Source: Candidatus Palauibacter sp. (GTDB lineage: Bacteria > Gemmatimonadota > Gemmatimonadetes > Palauibacterales > Palauibacteraceae). Taken from it: a stretch of 64,000 nt of DNA. Location of the stretch: positions 263,208 through 327,207 of the forward strand of contig NZ_CBDANE010000004.1 in NCBI RefSeq assembly GCF_965197445.1, in the 5' to 3' direction. The notes beneath the pieces were generated by a model. The model saw nothing but the letters and a program-made list of their open reading frames with translations, was not told the origin of the DNA and searched no databases. Below, in pieces: positions 1 through 10,048 of the stretch; the stretch's first letter is position 1, and each line of letters starts with the position of its first letter. The position numbers and the translations under genes are program-made.

Positions 1-1436
1 TCCGCGCCCAGGCCGATCGAATCGTGCGTCATCACGTAGATGTTCGGCAATTCCATCAGCGCGGCGAGTCTCATCGCCGGGCGGGCGTAGTCCGTAAAGG
101 TAAAGAAGGTGGCGACGTACGGTCGCACCCCGCCGTGGAGTGTGAGTCCGTTGGCGATGGACGCCATCGCGTGCTCACGGATTCCCCACCGGAGATTTCG
201 GCCTTCCGGGGCCTCTCTCGAGAAGTTCGGTGAGTCGATGAGCGTGTTGTTGGAACCGGACAGGTCGGCGCTCCCTCCGACGAGTTCCGGGAGCCGGGGG
301 GCCAGGGCAGCAAGGATCTTTCCGGAGGCCGCTCTCGTGGCGAGCGGGTCGTCGTCCGGCCCGAAGCGGGGCAGATCCTCATCCCATCCCGGGGGCAGCG
401 CCGATCGTACGCGGCGCTCGAGTTCCGCCGCGACCTCCGGGTGATCGGCTCGATAACGCTCGAAGCGATCTTTCCACTCGGCGGCGAGTGCCTCGCCGCT
501 CGCGGCCTGTCGTCCCATGTGGGCACGGACCGCATCCGGGACGAGGAAGGGCGGTTCCTGCGGCCAGCCGTAGGCTTCCTTCGCGAGCCGGACCTCTTCC
601 TCTCCCAGCGGGGCGCCGTGCGCCGCGGCCGTATCCTGCTTGTTCGGCGCGCCGTAGCCGATATGCGACCTGATAATGACGAGTGACGGACGGTCCGCGA
701 TGCTGCGCGCCCGCTCGATCGCCACGTCCAGCGCCGGGACGTCGTTCGCGTCAGCCACATCCTGCACGTGCCAGCCCAGCGCCTCGAAACGCCTGCGAAC
801 ATCCTCGGAAAAGGCGAGATTGATGTCGCCGTCGATGGTGATCCGGTTGTCGTCGTAGAGCCAGAGCAGCTTTCCGAGGCCCAGGTGTCCCGCGAGCGAG
901 GCAGCCTCGTAGGAGACACCCTCCATGAGGTCGCCGTCGCTGCAGATCACGTAGGTGCGGTGATCGACGATCCGATGGTCCGGCCGGTTGAAGACCGCGG
1001 CCAGGTGGGCCTCGGCGATCGCCATCCCCACGGAGTTCGCGATCCCCTGGCCGAGCGGACCCGTGGTCGTCTCCACTCCGGCCACGAGCCCGTGCTCGGG
1101 ATGTCCCGCCGTCCGGCTTCCAGCCGTGCGGAAACGACGGATCTCGTCCAGCGGCAGGTCGTATCCGGCGAGGTGGAGGGCGGCGTACTGGAGGATCGCT
1201 GCGTGGCCCGCTGACAGTACGAACCGGTCTCGTCCGAACCAGGACGGATCACGGGGGCTGTACCGCATGTGCCGCTTCCACAGCGTATACGCCACGGGGG
1301 CGAGGGCCATGGCCGTGCCGGGATGTCCGGACCCGGCCTGCTGCACGGCGTCCATGGCGAGGGTGCGAATCGTGTCGATGGACTGTGATACCACGGATGA
1401 GTCGGGAGAAGCGGACCCGGGATTGGCTTCGGCCAT
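1..1436 (-). CDS. tkt: transketolase (N-terminal ~478 aa; 3' end runs off the window)
   Basis: My manual reverse-complement translation from ATG at 1436-1434 gives MAEANPGS...[19 protein letters not shown]...GHPEHG...[17 protein letters not shown]...[38 protein letters not shown], which are classic TPP-binding transketolase motifs. The gene is absent from the ORF track because it has no in-window stop. All plus-strand ORFs in 24..1638 are shadow ORFs. Confidence 0.9.
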   Translation of the reverse strand, partial: MAEANPGSASPDSSVVSQSIDTIRTLAMDAVQQAGSGHPGTAMALAPVAYTLWKRHMRYSPRDPSWFGRDRFVLSAGHAAILQYAALHLAGYDLPLDEIRRFRTAGSRTAGHPEHGLVAGVETTTGPLGQGIANSVGMAIAEAHLAAVFNRPDHRIVDHRTYVICSDGDLMEGVSYEAASLAGHLGLGKLLWLYDDNRITIDGDINLAFSEDVRRRFEALGWHVQDVADANDVPALDVAIERARSIADRPSLVIIRSHIGYGAPNKQDTAAAHGAPLGEEEVRLAKEAYGWPQEPPFLVPDAVRAHMGRQAASGEALAAEWKDRFERYRADHPEVAAELERRVRSALPPGWDEDLPRFGPDDDPLATRAASGKILAALAPRLPELVGGSADLSGSNNTLIDSPNFSREAPEGRNLRWGIREHAMASIANGLTLHGGVRPYVATFFTFTDYARPAMRLAALMELPNIYVMTHDSIGLGA

Positions 1437-1625
1437 CGTCGTTTCGTTCAATAGCCCCTCGCAGGCGCCACGGATCGCGGACTGTACGAGATCAGGAGAG
1501 CCGGAGATCCGCGCGACAGGCTTTCCGCGGGTGTACCGGTTCGGCGGAGCGAAGATAGGCCCCGGGCCGGTGACGGAAAAGCCTGTCGGAATGTCGGTGG
1601 CGAGGGCCCGCCGGCGGCACATACG

Positions 1626-2426
1626 TTGCCCGTCGTGAGCGACCCAGGAGATGGCCGAAGCCCGCAGCCGCGCCCGCTGCCGACGTTCCTCGCCGACGGT
1701 CTCGCGGGCCGGAAGTCCGCCGTGCAGGCCGACCTGGCGGTGGACGAAGTTACCCACGTTCGCGCCGCCCGCATCCGTCCCGGAGACCGCCTCGCGGTGG
1801 CGGACGGCGCCGGCCGCCGCTGGGAGGGCGAGCTGATCGAACTGGGGCGGCGCGGGGCGCGCTGCAGGCTGCTCCGGGCCCTCCCCGCGCGACCGCCGCT
1901 CCCGGTGTGCGTCTGGGCTCCGGTGGCGAATCGTGACCGTTCACTGTGGCTGGTCGAGAAGGTGGTCGAGTTCGGCGTGTCCGAAGTGACGTGGATCGAG
2001 TGGGAGCGCTCTCGGTCCGTGGGCGACGCCGGCCGTTCCGAGAGTTTCCGGCAGCGGGCCGCGCGGCGTGCGCGCGCCGCGCTCAAGCAGTCGGGCGGAA
2101 GCTGGCTTCCACGCCTCCTCGGCCCCGTCTCGCTCAAACAGGCACTGGCCGGCCACGAGGGGGCGGGGTGGCTCGCCGACCGTGGCGGTTCGCCTTTCTT
2201 CGCGGGCGGGACGGCCCTCGAAGTCGCGCCGGTGCGTTCGGGGAGCCTGCTCGCCGTGGCGGTAGGGCCGGAAGGCGGTCTCACGGCTGAAGAGCGGCGG
2301 CGCTGCGAGGCGGCGGGGTTCGAACTCATCTCGCTGGGTCCGGGGACGCTCAGATTCGAGACGGCGGCGGTGGCGGCGGTCGCGCTGGCCGCGGCCGTCA
2401 TCCGAGACACGGAGGGGATGACATGA
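1626..2426 (+). CDS. rsmE: 16S rRNA (uracil1498-N3)-methyltransferase RsmE
   Basis: C-terminal motifs [11 protein letters not shown]...[18 protein letters not shown] are typical of the RsmE SPOUT family. The true start is probably an internal GTG/TTG near 1700-1760, because the N-terminal ~30 aa look non-native. Confidence 0.75.
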   Translation: MPVVSDPGDGRSPQPRPLPTFLADGLAGRKSAVQADLAVDEVTHVRAARIRPGDRLAVADGAGRRWEGELIELGRRGARCRLLRALPARPPLPVCVWAPVANRDRSLWLVEKVVEFGVSEVTWIEWERSRSVGDAGRSESFRQRAARRARAALKQSGGSWLPRLLGPVSLKQALAGHEGAGWLADRGGSPFFAGGTALEVAPVRSGSLLAVAVGPEGGLTAEERRRCEAAGFELISLGPGTLRFETAAVAAVALAAAVIRDTEGMT

Positions 2427-2758
2427 CGGATTGCGTGTTCTGCGGTATCGCGACAGGGGCCATCGACGCGACCCTCGTGGCCGAGGGTGAGGGCTGGGTG
2501 GCGTTCCGGGACCTCGAGCCTCAGGCGCCCGCTCATGTACTCGTGGTCCCGCGTGCACATGTGTCCAGCCTCACGGCCCTGTCGAGCGAGGCACTCGGCG
2601 GGGAACTCCTGATCGCCTGCGCCACGGTGGCCCGCGCGGAGGGGTTGACGGATGGGTATCGCGTGGTCACGAACACGGGTGCGGACGGAGGTCAGGCCGT
2701 GCCTCACCTCCACTTCCACGTGCTCGGGGGCCGCCGCATGGGCTGGCCGCCCGGTTGA
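2423..2758 (+). CDS. HIT-family (histidine triad) nucleotide hydrolase
   Basis: 111 aa with a C-terminal HLHFHVLGG histidine-triad motif. The ATGA overlap with rsmE and the GTGA-type overlap with mutS2 suggest coupling. Confidence 0.85.
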   Translation: MTDCVFCGIATGAIDATLVAEGEGWVAFRDLEPQAPAHVLVVPRAHVSSLTALSSEALGGELLIACATVARAEGLTDGYRVVTNTGADGGQAVPHLHFHVLGGRRMGWPPG

Positions 2759-5151
2759 GTTCCGTGGATCATGCCCTGCGGGTCCTGGAGTTCGATCGCG
2801 TACTGGAGGCGATCGGGGAACGTGCGGTCTCCGAGGCGGGGCGATCGAAAGTCCGCGCCCTCCGGCCGCTCCCCGACATGGCCTCCGCCCGGCGGCAGCT
2901 TGCGGCTGTGGACGAACTTCAGGCGATTCTCGGCAGCGGGGAGGGGTGGACTCCGGGCCCGATTCCGGAGCTCGCCGCGGCCTTGCGGCGTCTCGCGATC
3001 GAGGATGCCTGGCTCGACCCGCCCGAGCTGCTCGCGTGCGGGGACGCCATGGCTGCGGCTCGCGCCGCCCGGCGGCTCGCGGAACGGCTCGACCCGGACG
3101 GCCTCCTGGCGCTGTGGGCCGGACGGCTCTGGGGTGATCCGGGGCTCGAGAAGCGGATCGCGGCCACGTTCGACGACACCGGCGGGGTCGCGGACGGAGC
3201 GTCGGCCGAGTTGCGGAGCATCCGCCGGGGGCTGGCCACCCGTCGCGGTCGGCTCGTCGAAGACCTGACGCGTTTCGCGCGATCGTTGCCCGATCGCATC
3301 CGCGTGCCCGACGCGTCCGTCACCGTACGGAACGGACGCTACTGCGTCCCCGTGCGGCGCGAGGGGAAGGGAACCGTCGGCGGCCTCGTGCACGACGCCT
3401 CGGCCAGTCGCCGTACTCTGTTCATCGAGCCGGCCCGCGCCATCGAGGCGATGAACGATATCCGGGAACTCGAACTCCGAGAGGCCCGCGAGATGGACCG
3501 GATTCTGCGGGATCTTTCCTCCGCCGTACGGAGCCATGCCTCGGAACTCGCCGCTTCGTACGGGGCGCTGGTCGAACTGGATGCGCTGCGCGCCCAGGCA
3601 TTGTTCGCACTCGAACTCGAGGCGTCGCCCCCGATCTTCGCCGACACGACCGCGGATGGGATCCGGATCCGGGGGGCGCGGCATCCCCTTCTCGCCCTTG
3701 ACTCGGGCGGTGCGGTGCCGTTCAATCTCGATCTCTCGTCGAGCGAGCGGGTGCTCCTCGTGTCGGGTCCGAACGCGGGCGGGAAGACCGTCTTCCTCAA
3801 GACTCTCGGACTCATCTGCGCGCTGGCGCAGAGCGGAGTCATGCCGCCTCTGCACGCGGCAAGCCGGCTTCCGTTCTTTCGCCGGTTCTTCGCGGTCATC
3901 GGCGACGAACAGTCGATCGACGCATCGCTGTCCACCTTCGGGGCGCAGGCGCGCAACCTGGCCGAGATCCTGCACGAAGCCGACGAGCGCGACCTCGTCC
4001 TCTTCGATGAGATCGGGAGCGCCACCGACCCGGCGGAAGGCGGTGCGCTCGCGGCGGCGGCCCTCCGGCGTCTGGCGGAACAGGCGCGACTCACCGTGGC
4101 CACGACTCACCTCGGCGACCTCAAGCGGCTCGGCGACGAGAGGGCGGCGGCCGTGAACGCGTCGCTCGAGTTTGACGGCGGGCGCCTCGAACCCACGTAC
4201 AGGCTTGTCCGGGATCGGCCGGGCCGAAGCTATGCTCTGGTCATCGCGGCGCGGCTGGGGGTCCCCGAGGATGTGCTCGCCGACGCCCGCGCCCGGCTGG
4301 GCCCGGAGCACGTGTCGCTCGACACCCTTCTGGCTCGCCTCGAAGCGGAACGGGGAGAGGTCGACGACCTGCGCGCGCGACTGGAACGCCGGGCGGGAGA
4401 GACCGCCGAGCGCGAACGGGATCTCGCCTCTCGCGAGACCGCGCTCGCGGCTTCTGAACGGGAGGCCGTCCGCAGTAGGGAGGCGGCTCGGCAAGAAGTG
4501 TTGCGAGAGGCCCGCGAGCGCGTCGAAGCGGCGATCGCACGGCTGGAATCGCAATACGAGGACGGCGACGAAGCGGCGCGGCGCAAGGCGCAGCGGGCAG
4601 CTCGGGGCGAAGTGGAGCGGGCGCTTCGGGTGTCTTCCCGGACGCTGCGCAACATGGGTGACGCCCGGACCCCCACCGGCGGCGGAGGCATGCCGCTGGT
4701 TGGGGAGGCCGTGCGCTGGAGTGCATCAGACCGCCCCGCCCGACTCGTGGAGATTCGGGCCCGGCACGGCGTCATCGAAATCGGGGGCTTGCGGCTGACG
4801 GTACCGCTGGGGGACCTGGCTCCGCATCCTGATACGGAGATCGACCTGATTGCACGCGGCGGGTCCGGTGACTCGGGCGCGAAGGCGGACCGGCGCCCCG
4901 AGCTGAGGGTCCAGACGGAAATCGACCTGAGAGGGCTGCGGGCCGACGAGGTGGATGCCGCGCTCACGCCGGCGCTCGATTCCGCGGTGGTGGGAGATCT
5001 CCCGTGGCTCAGGGTCATTCACGGGAAGGGTACGGGCGCACTCAGGGTGCGCGTACGGCAACTCCTGAGCGAGGACTCCCGGATCCGACTGTTCAGAGAC
5101 GGGGGCGCGAACGAAGGGGGAAGGGGCGTTACGGTCGTGGAATTCGGGTGA
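2755..5151 (+). CDS. mutS2: endonuclease MutS2 (MutS domain plus C-terminal Smr domain)
   Basis: 798 aa. Walker A VSGPNAGGKT, MutS ATPase core, a long coiled-coil linker, and a C-terminal Smr domain (LDLRGLRADEV...VIHGKGTGALR). Confidence 0.9.
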   Translation: MSSVDHALRVLEFDRVLEAIGERAVSEAGRSKVRALRPLPDMASARRQLAAVDELQAILGSGEGWTPGPIPELAAALRRLAIEDAWLDPPELLACGDAMAAARAARRLAERLDPDGLLALWAGRLWGDPGLEKRIAATFDDTGGVADGASAELRSIRRGLATRRGRLVEDLTRFARSLPDRIRVPDASVTVRNGRYCVPVRREGKGTVGGLVHDASASRRTLFIEPARAIEAMNDIRELELREAREMDRILRDLSSAVRSHASELAASYGALVELDALRAQALFALELEASPPIFADTTADGIRIRGARHPLLALDSGGAVPFNLDLSSSERVLLVSGPNAGGKTVFLKTLGLICALAQSGVMPPLHAASRLPFFRRFFAVIGDEQSIDASLSTFGAQARNLAEILHEADERDLVLFDEIGSATDPAEGGALAAAALRRLAEQARLTVATTHLGDLKRLGDERAAAVNASLEFDGGRLEPTYRLVRDRPGRSYALVIAARLGVPEDVLADARARLGPEHVSLDTLLARLEAERGEVDDLRARLERRAGETAERERDLASRETALAASEREAVRSREAARQEVLREARERVEAAIARLESQYEDGDEAARRKAQRAARGEVERALRVSSRTLRNMGDARTPTGGGGMPLVGEAVRWSASDRPARLVEIRARHGVIEIGGLRLTVPLGDLAPHPDTEIDLIARGGSGDSGAKADRRPELRVQTEIDLRGLRADEVDAALTPALDSAVVGDLPWLRVIHGKGTGALRVRVRQLLSEDSRIRLFRDGGANEGGRGVTVVEFG

Positions 5152-5196
5152 GCTGGCGATGAGGGGCGATACGGGCTCCGTCGGGGGGGCGCGGAC

Positions 5197-7032
5197 GTGG
5201 TGAGCGACAGCCTCGTCGAGGACATCCGGGCGCGCGCCGACATTCTCGAGATCGTGGGCGAGCACGTGCAGCTCCGGCGATCGGGGAAGAGCTACCGCGG
5301 TCCCTGTCCCCTGCACGGGGGTGATGGCCCGAACTTCGCCGTCGATCCCCAGCGCCAGATCTTCAAGTGCTTCGTCTGCGGTGAGGGTGGCGACGTCTTC
5401 GGGTTCCTGATGAAGCACCTCGGGTTCGAGTTTCCAGACGCGGTGCGACATGTGGGGGCGAGGGTCGGAATCGAAGTCCCGGAGCGCGACGAACACCGGG
5501 AAGATCCGTACGCGCCGCTGCGGGGCGTGCTCGCCTTTGCGGCGGAGTGGTATCGCGACCGGCTGCGGGAGCCTTCCGGGGAGGGGGCTCGCAACTATCT
5601 GCGCGGCCGCGGCCTGTCGCTGGAGGATGCCCTCGACTTCGGGATCGGCTACGCCGACGACGAATGGAGGGCGCTGCGGACCGCCGCGACGCGGCACGGT
5701 ATCGAAGAGCGGACGCTGCTGGAGCTGGGGCTGCTCGCGACGAGTGAGAAGGCGGAGGAGCCCTACGACCGCTTTCGCGGACGCCTCATGTTCACGATCC
5801 ACGACCTGCGCGATCGTCCGATCGGTTTCGGCGGCCGGATCCTCGATGCTCGGTCCGACGCACCCAAGTACATCAACTCCCCCGAGTCTCCCGTCTTCCA
5901 CAAGGGAGAAGAACTCTACGCTCTGGACCGCGCGCGCCATGCGATTCGGCGCGAGGACCACGCGGCGATCGCGGAGGGGTTCACCGACGTCATCGCCCTG
6001 CATCGGGCCGGACTCGAGTTCGCGGTTGCGGGGCTGGGGACGTCGTTCACGGCCGCTCAGGCCCGACGGCTCGTCCGCTACTCGCAGCGGGCATATCTGC
6101 TCTACGACAGTGATTCGGCCGGACTGCGCGCAACGTTTCGAACCGGGGACATCCTGCTCGCCGCCGGCGTCCACCCGATGGTCGTCTCGCTCCCGTCCGG
6201 GGAGGATCCTGATTCCCTGATCCGCAAGGAGGGACCGGCCGCCATTCGGCACCTCATGGACGACGCCGTGGACCTGCTCGAGCGGAAGCTCCAGATCCTG
6301 CGTCGCGAGGGCTATCTCGACCGGGTGGAAGGGCGGCGGCGGGCGGTGGACGGCCTGCTCAGCACGCTGCGCGCCGTGGCCGACCCGGCGCTGCGCGACA
6401 TATACGTGGACCGGGCCGTCGAGGGCCTCGGCATACGGCGCGAGACGCTCGTTCACGAGATCGTCCGTTCGGGCGGGCCCGGCGCTACCCGCCGTCCCCC
6501 GGCACCCACTGCGCGAACACCGGACGACCATCCCCGCGTGGAGTCACGTATCGAGCGGGAGTTCCTTCTCCTGCTGGTGCGCGACCCGGCCCTGGCACGG
6601 CGGGCCCTGCGCGTCGGGCTGTCGTCCGATCATCTGCGCGACCCGCCCGCACGGGAGATCTTCGAGATCTTCTCCATGGCGGTCGACGAGGGAGAGGACA
6701 CGGTGGATTGGTCCTCCGCTTCGCCAGCGGCCCGGGAGCGGCGGGCGGAGCTGCAGGAAGTCGACGAGGAGATCCGGGATCCCGGTCAGGTCTTCGAAGC
6801 CGCGGCCCGCCGGCTCCTCTATCGAGGACATCGCGAGCGGTTGGACGAGATCAACCGCGAACTGCAACTTGCGGATACCGAGCAGCAACGTCGATTGTTG
6901 AGCGAGAAACAGGAACTCGCACAGGAACTTCGAGCCGCGGGCGAGGCCGCCACGTTCATGCCCCGACCGGGCCAGGGACGGCCGGCCTCCGCGGGTCGGC
7001 AGGGGGCTGCCTCCGCCGGGTTTACCGGTTGA
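5197..7032 (+). CDS. dnaG: DNA primase
   Basis: Zinc finger CPLHGGDGPNFAVDPQRQIFKCFVCGEGGDV, a TOPRIM domain (EGFTDVIAL...LYDSDSAG), and a C-terminal helicase-interaction region. Confidence 0.92.
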   Translation: MVSDSLVEDIRARADILEIVGEHVQLRRSGKSYRGPCPLHGGDGPNFAVDPQRQIFKCFVCGEGGDVFGFLMKHLGFEFPDAVRHVGARVGIEVPERDEHREDPYAPLRGVLAFAAEWYRDRLREPSGEGARNYLRGRGLSLEDALDFGIGYADDEWRALRTAATRHGIEERTLLELGLLATSEKAEEPYDRFRGRLMFTIHDLRDRPIGFGGRILDARSDAPKYINSPESPVFHKGEELYALDRARHAIRREDHAAIAEGFTDVIALHRAGLEFAVAGLGTSFTAAQARRLVRYSQRAYLLYDSDSAGLRATFRTGDILLAAGVHPMVVSLPSGEDPDSLIRKEGPAAIRHLMDDAVDLLERKLQILRREGYLDRVEGRRRAVDGLLSTLRAVADPALRDIYVDRAVEGLGIRRETLVHEIVRSGGPGATRRPPAPTARTPDDHPRVESRIEREFLLLLVRDPALARRALRVGLSSDHLRDPPAREIFEIFSMAVDEGEDTVDWSSASPAARERRAELQEVDEEIRDPGQVFEAAARRLLYRGHRERLDEINRELQLADTEQQRRLLSEKQELAQELRAAGEAATFMPRPGQGRPASAGRQGAASAGFTG

Positions 7033-7046
7033 CAGCCGGAGAGAGT

Positions 7047-7769
7047 ATGCAGGCGACCGATACCGTCGAGGAATTGCTCACGCTTCAGGAGATCGATCTC
7101 GAGATCCTGAGGATCGAAGGTGAACTCAGGCGTCTCGGCGAAGAGGTTGCAGAACTTCGCGAGACTGTGGAAGGACTGGAAACACAGGTCGGCCGGATCC
7201 GGGCGGAGGTCGAGGAAGCCGAGACACGGGTGCGCCGGTTCCACCGCTCCGTAGAGGCCGGACGGGCGACGCTCAAGCGCCTCGAGGCGCGCTCGGCCGC
7301 GGTCGCGAACATGCAGCAGCATCTTGCGGCGCGGAGTGAGACCGACACTGCCAGACGCAACCTGCGAGCGGCGGAGGACGACCAGCTCGATGCGATGCAG
7401 GATGTCGAGACGGCGCGCGGGGCCCTGGCCGCGGCCGAGGGCGAATTGAGCGAGGCGGGCGCCGCCCTGGCCGCGCACACAGCCGCGGTGGACGCATTGC
7501 GCGCGACGCTCGAGCGGGAACTGCAGGCGCACGGCGCCAGCCGGAAAACCCAGGAGGGTCGTCTGGATCGGAGGACACTCCAGCTCTACCGCTCGGCGGG
7601 CGGCGGGGGCAGCCACACGGCGCTTGCCGAGCTTACGCTCGACGGCGTGTGCGGCCGTTGCTACACCTCCGTGCCGAAGCAACGCCAATCCGAGATCCGG
7701 ACCCGGCGCAGTCTCGCCCTGTGCGAGGGCTGCGGGATCATTCTGTACCCGGTGTCCCCCGGCGTCTGA
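7047..7769 (+). CDS. DUF164/COG1579-like coiled-coil protein with a C-terminal C4 zinc ribbon
   Basis: The ATG at 7047 follows the dnaG stop. The product has a long coiled coil and then CGRCYTS...CEGCG. This architecture matches zinc-ribbon domain proteins of the COG1579 type. Confidence 0.7.
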   Translation: MQATDTVEELLTLQEIDLEILRIEGELRRLGEEVAELRETVEGLETQVGRIRAEVEEAETRVRRFHRSVEAGRATLKRLEARSAAVANMQQHLAARSETDTARRNLRAAEDDQLDAMQDVETARGALAAAEGELSEAGAALAAHTAAVDALRATLERELQAHGASRKTQEGRLDRRTLQLYRSAGGGGSHTALAELTLDGVCGRCYTSVPKQRQSEIRTRRSLALCEGCGIILYPVSPGV

Positions 7770-7782
7770 CCCGCCCGGCGGC

Positions 7783-8316
7783 ATGAAGCTGCGGATCATC
7801 GCGGGCGATCTGGGGGGCCGGTACATCGACGCGCCGTCCGGTCGGCGTATCCGCCCTACCGCCGCGCGAGTGCGAGAGGCATGGTTCTCCGCGCTCGCGG
7901 CCGATGTCGCGGACGCGCGGATCGCCGACCTCTACGCGGGCTCCGGGGCGTTGGGCATCGAGGCGTTGTCGCGTGGCGCGGCACACGTCCATTTTGTCGA
8001 GTCGGACCGGCGGACGGCATCGGTGCTGGGACACAACATCACCGCGCTCGACCTTGGCGATCGCTCGCAGGTCGTATGCGGTGACGCCATCGCCTGGATC
8101 GACGGCCTGGCCGCGCCTCTCGATCTCGTCTTTGCCGATCCGCCGTACGGGTCGGCGGGCGGTGCCCGGCTCGTGGAGCGCTTCCGCCTCAGACCCTTCG
8201 CTACGCAACTTTGGGTCGAGCACGGCTCGAACGCCGGGTGGGCCACGGTGGCCGACTGGACGAGGGAGTACGGCGACACCCGCGTCAGCCGGTTCCGCCC
8301 TCCGGCGGGCCCCTGA
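7783..8316 (+). CDS. rsmD: 16S rRNA (guanine966-N2)-methyltransferase RsmD
   Basis: MKLRIIAGDLGGRYIDAPSGRRIRPTAARVREAWFSAL...LDLYAGSGALGIEALSRGA...VFADPPY is the canonical RsmD sequence (DPPY motif). ATG at 7783. Confidence 0.85.
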   Translation: MKLRIIAGDLGGRYIDAPSGRRIRPTAARVREAWFSALAADVADARIADLYAGSGALGIEALSRGAAHVHFVESDRRTASVLGHNITALDLGDRSQVVCGDAIAWIDGLAAPLDLVFADPPYGSAGGARLVERFRLRPFATQLWVEHGSNAGWATVADWTREYGDTRVSRFRPPAGP

Positions 8317-8342
8317 AACTCGACACCTCAACGGAAGCTCGG

Positions 8343-8846
8343 ATGAACAAAACTACCGCCGTATACCCGGGGTCTTTCGATCCGCTCACCATCGGGCACG
8401 AAGACATCGTCCGAAGGAGTCTGCGGATCGTGGACCGGTTGATCGTCGCGGTGGCCGAGACGGCGACGCAGTCCAAGTCGGGACTTTTCCCCATCGACGA
8501 GCGCGTCGATCTGATCCGGGAAGTGTTCGGGGACGAACCGAGGGTGGAGGCCACCTCGTTCTCGGGTCTGCTCGTGGATTTCGCGCAGGCGCGCGAGGCC
8601 CGGGTCATCATCAGGGGCCTGCGGGCGGTGAGTGACTTCGAGTACGAGTTCCAGATGGCGCTGATGAACCGCTCGCTGTGGCCCGAGGTGGAGGTTCTGT
8701 TCATGGCTCCGGCCACCCGTCACACGTTCCTGAGTTCTTCGCTTGTGCGCGAGGTCGGGCGGCTCGGCGGCGATGTCACCGATTTTGTCAGTCCAGGGGT
8801 GAAGACGCGCATGGACCGCGCATTCGGGCGCGCCGCCCGGGAGTGA
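8343..8846 (+). CDS. coaD: phosphopantetheine adenylyltransferase
   Basis: MNKTTAVYPGSFDPLTIGHEDIV... (the T/HxGH nucleotidyltransferase motif). ~167 aa. Confidence 0.92.
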   Translation: MNKTTAVYPGSFDPLTIGHEDIVRRSLRIVDRLIVAVAETATQSKSGLFPIDERVDLIREVFGDEPRVEATSFSGLLVDFAQAREARVIIRGLRAVSDFEYEFQMALMNRSLWPEVEVLFMAPATRHTFLSSSLVREVGRLGGDVTDFVSPGVKTRMDRAFGRAARE

Positions 8847-9700
8847 ACGCGCGGCAGGCTACGCCGGGCTTCATCGACCGGCTCAGGGCGCGAGCCGCCG
8901 AGGTGCAGCGCCGCATTGGCTTCCCGGAGGCCGACGAGGCGCGCACGGCCCGAGCGATCCGGCGTCTGCGGGCCGGGGGGTGGGTGCGCCCGGTGGAGAT
9001 CGGCGCTGACCATGGCGGACTCGCCGAGGCCGCGCGACGCCTGGCGGAGGGGGAGCTGGACGGCGCAGTGGCGGGGGCCGCGCACCCGACGGCCGACGTG
9101 ATCCGCGCCGGGCTGCAGGTTGTCGGTCTGGCCGAGGGGGCCGAGACCGTTTCCGCGGCCTTCCACATGATTCTCCCGCCGCCGCGCGAACGGGTGCTGA
9201 CGCTGGTGGACGCCGCGGTCGTGCCCGCGCCGACCCCGGAGCAGATGGCGGAGAGCGCCTCGGCGGCGTGTGACGCCCGACGGGCGATTGTGGGTGACGA
9301 ACCGGTCGTCGCCTTCCTGTCGTACTCGACGAACGGCTCGGCCTCCGGTCCCGCGGTGGACCATGTGCGGGAAGCGGCGGAACGGTTCTGGCGGCGTCGG
9401 CCGGAAATCGCGGCGGACGGCGAGTTGCAGGCCGATGCGGCGCTCGTCCCGGACATCGGAGCGACCAAGGCCCCGGGGTCGCCTGCCGCGGGCCGAGCCA
9501 ATGTCCTGGTGTTCCCGAGCCTCGACGCCGCGAACATCGCGTACAAGCTGATCGAGCGGCTTGCCGGCGCACGCGCACTGGGCCCCATCCTTCACGGACT
9601 GCGCCGACCTCTGAACGACCTCTCCCGCGGCGCGTCCGTCTCCGATATCGTGGACGTCGCTTGCATCACGGCACTCATGTCCTCCGGGGGCAAAGGATGA
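8843..9700 (+). CDS. phosphate acetyl/butyryl-transferase family protein (short PTA_PTB form)
   Basis: The C-terminal region NVLVFPSLDAANIAYKLIERLAGARALGPILHGLRRPLNDLSRGASVSDIVDVACITAL is characteristic of Pta/Ptb. The GTG start overlaps the coaD stop (GTGA). No acetate or butyrate kinase is adjacent. Confidence 0.7.
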   Translation: MNARQATPGFIDRLRARAAEVQRRIGFPEADEARTARAIRRLRAGGWVRPVEIGADHGGLAEAARRLAEGELDGAVAGAAHPTADVIRAGLQVVGLAEGAETVSAAFHMILPPPRERVLTLVDAAVVPAPTPEQMAESASAACDARRAIVGDEPVVAFLSYSTNGSASGPAVDHVREAAERFWRRRPEIAADGELQADAALVPDIGATKAPGSPAAGRANVLVFPSLDAANIAYKLIERLAGARALGPILHGLRRPLNDLSRGASVSDIVDVACITALMSSGGKG

Positions 9701-10029
9701 CGTTCTCGATAGAACAGTTGGAGACCAGGACGGTCGTCGCGGTGGACGGTCAGCTGACGATCAACAATCGCGGCGAGTTCAAGGAACGCGTGCTGGCACG
9801 CCTGGCGGAGGGGGACTCGGACTTCGTCATCGACTTCACTGACGCCGATTACATTGATTCGTCGGGTCTGGGGGTGCTCGTCAGCCTGTCGAAGCACATC
9901 CGCGATGAGAACGGGCGCCTCAAACTGGCCGCGCTGAACGAGGATCTTCGCAGGCTCTTCGCGCTGACCAAGCTGGATTCCCTGTTCGACATCGCCGACA
10001 CCCGGGCGGCCGCACTGGGCGAATCCTGA
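9697..10029 (+). CDS. STAS-domain anti-sigma-factor antagonist (SpoIIAA/RsbV-like)
   Basis: MTFSIEQLETRTVVAVDGQLTINN...DFTDADYIDSSGLGVLV. The DSSGLG motif carries the conserved phosphorylatable serine. The ATG overlaps the upstream stop (ATGA). Confidence 0.85.
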   Translation: MTFSIEQLETRTVVAVDGQLTINNRGEFKERVLARLAEGDSDFVIDFTDADYIDSSGLGVLVSLSKHIRDENGRLKLAALNEDLRRLFALTKLDSLFDIADTRAAALGES

Positions 10030-10048
10030 CCCGAGCGGCCGGTCCCCT

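Noticed and set aside
24-1638. Plus-strand ORFs 24-233, 109-444, 441-686, 768-1214 and 988-1638 at the window start
   Set aside because: My manual minus-strand translation of 1-1436 gives an unambiguous transketolase with TPP-binding motifs. The plus-strand ORFs are antisense artefacts.
2704-6531. Very long minus-strand ORFs (2704-4554, 4726-6531, and similar ones at 13875-15443, 21454-23166, 23399-25714, 30420-31769, 43998-45602, 45211-47313, 49671-51173, 52134-53372, 53750-56089, 55852-57084, 57345-58652, 58523-60433, 61343-62701)
   Set aside because: Each lies entirely antisense to a well-recognised conserved gene (mutS2, dnaG, thiolase, nnr/thiL, eno, rseP, nusA, infB, ribF, ABC ATPase, pnp, peptidase, ald, mreB/C, mrdA). 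Their translations are low-complexity Arg/Pro/Gly-rich with no recognisable motifs. These are shadow ORFs expected in ~70% GC DNA.
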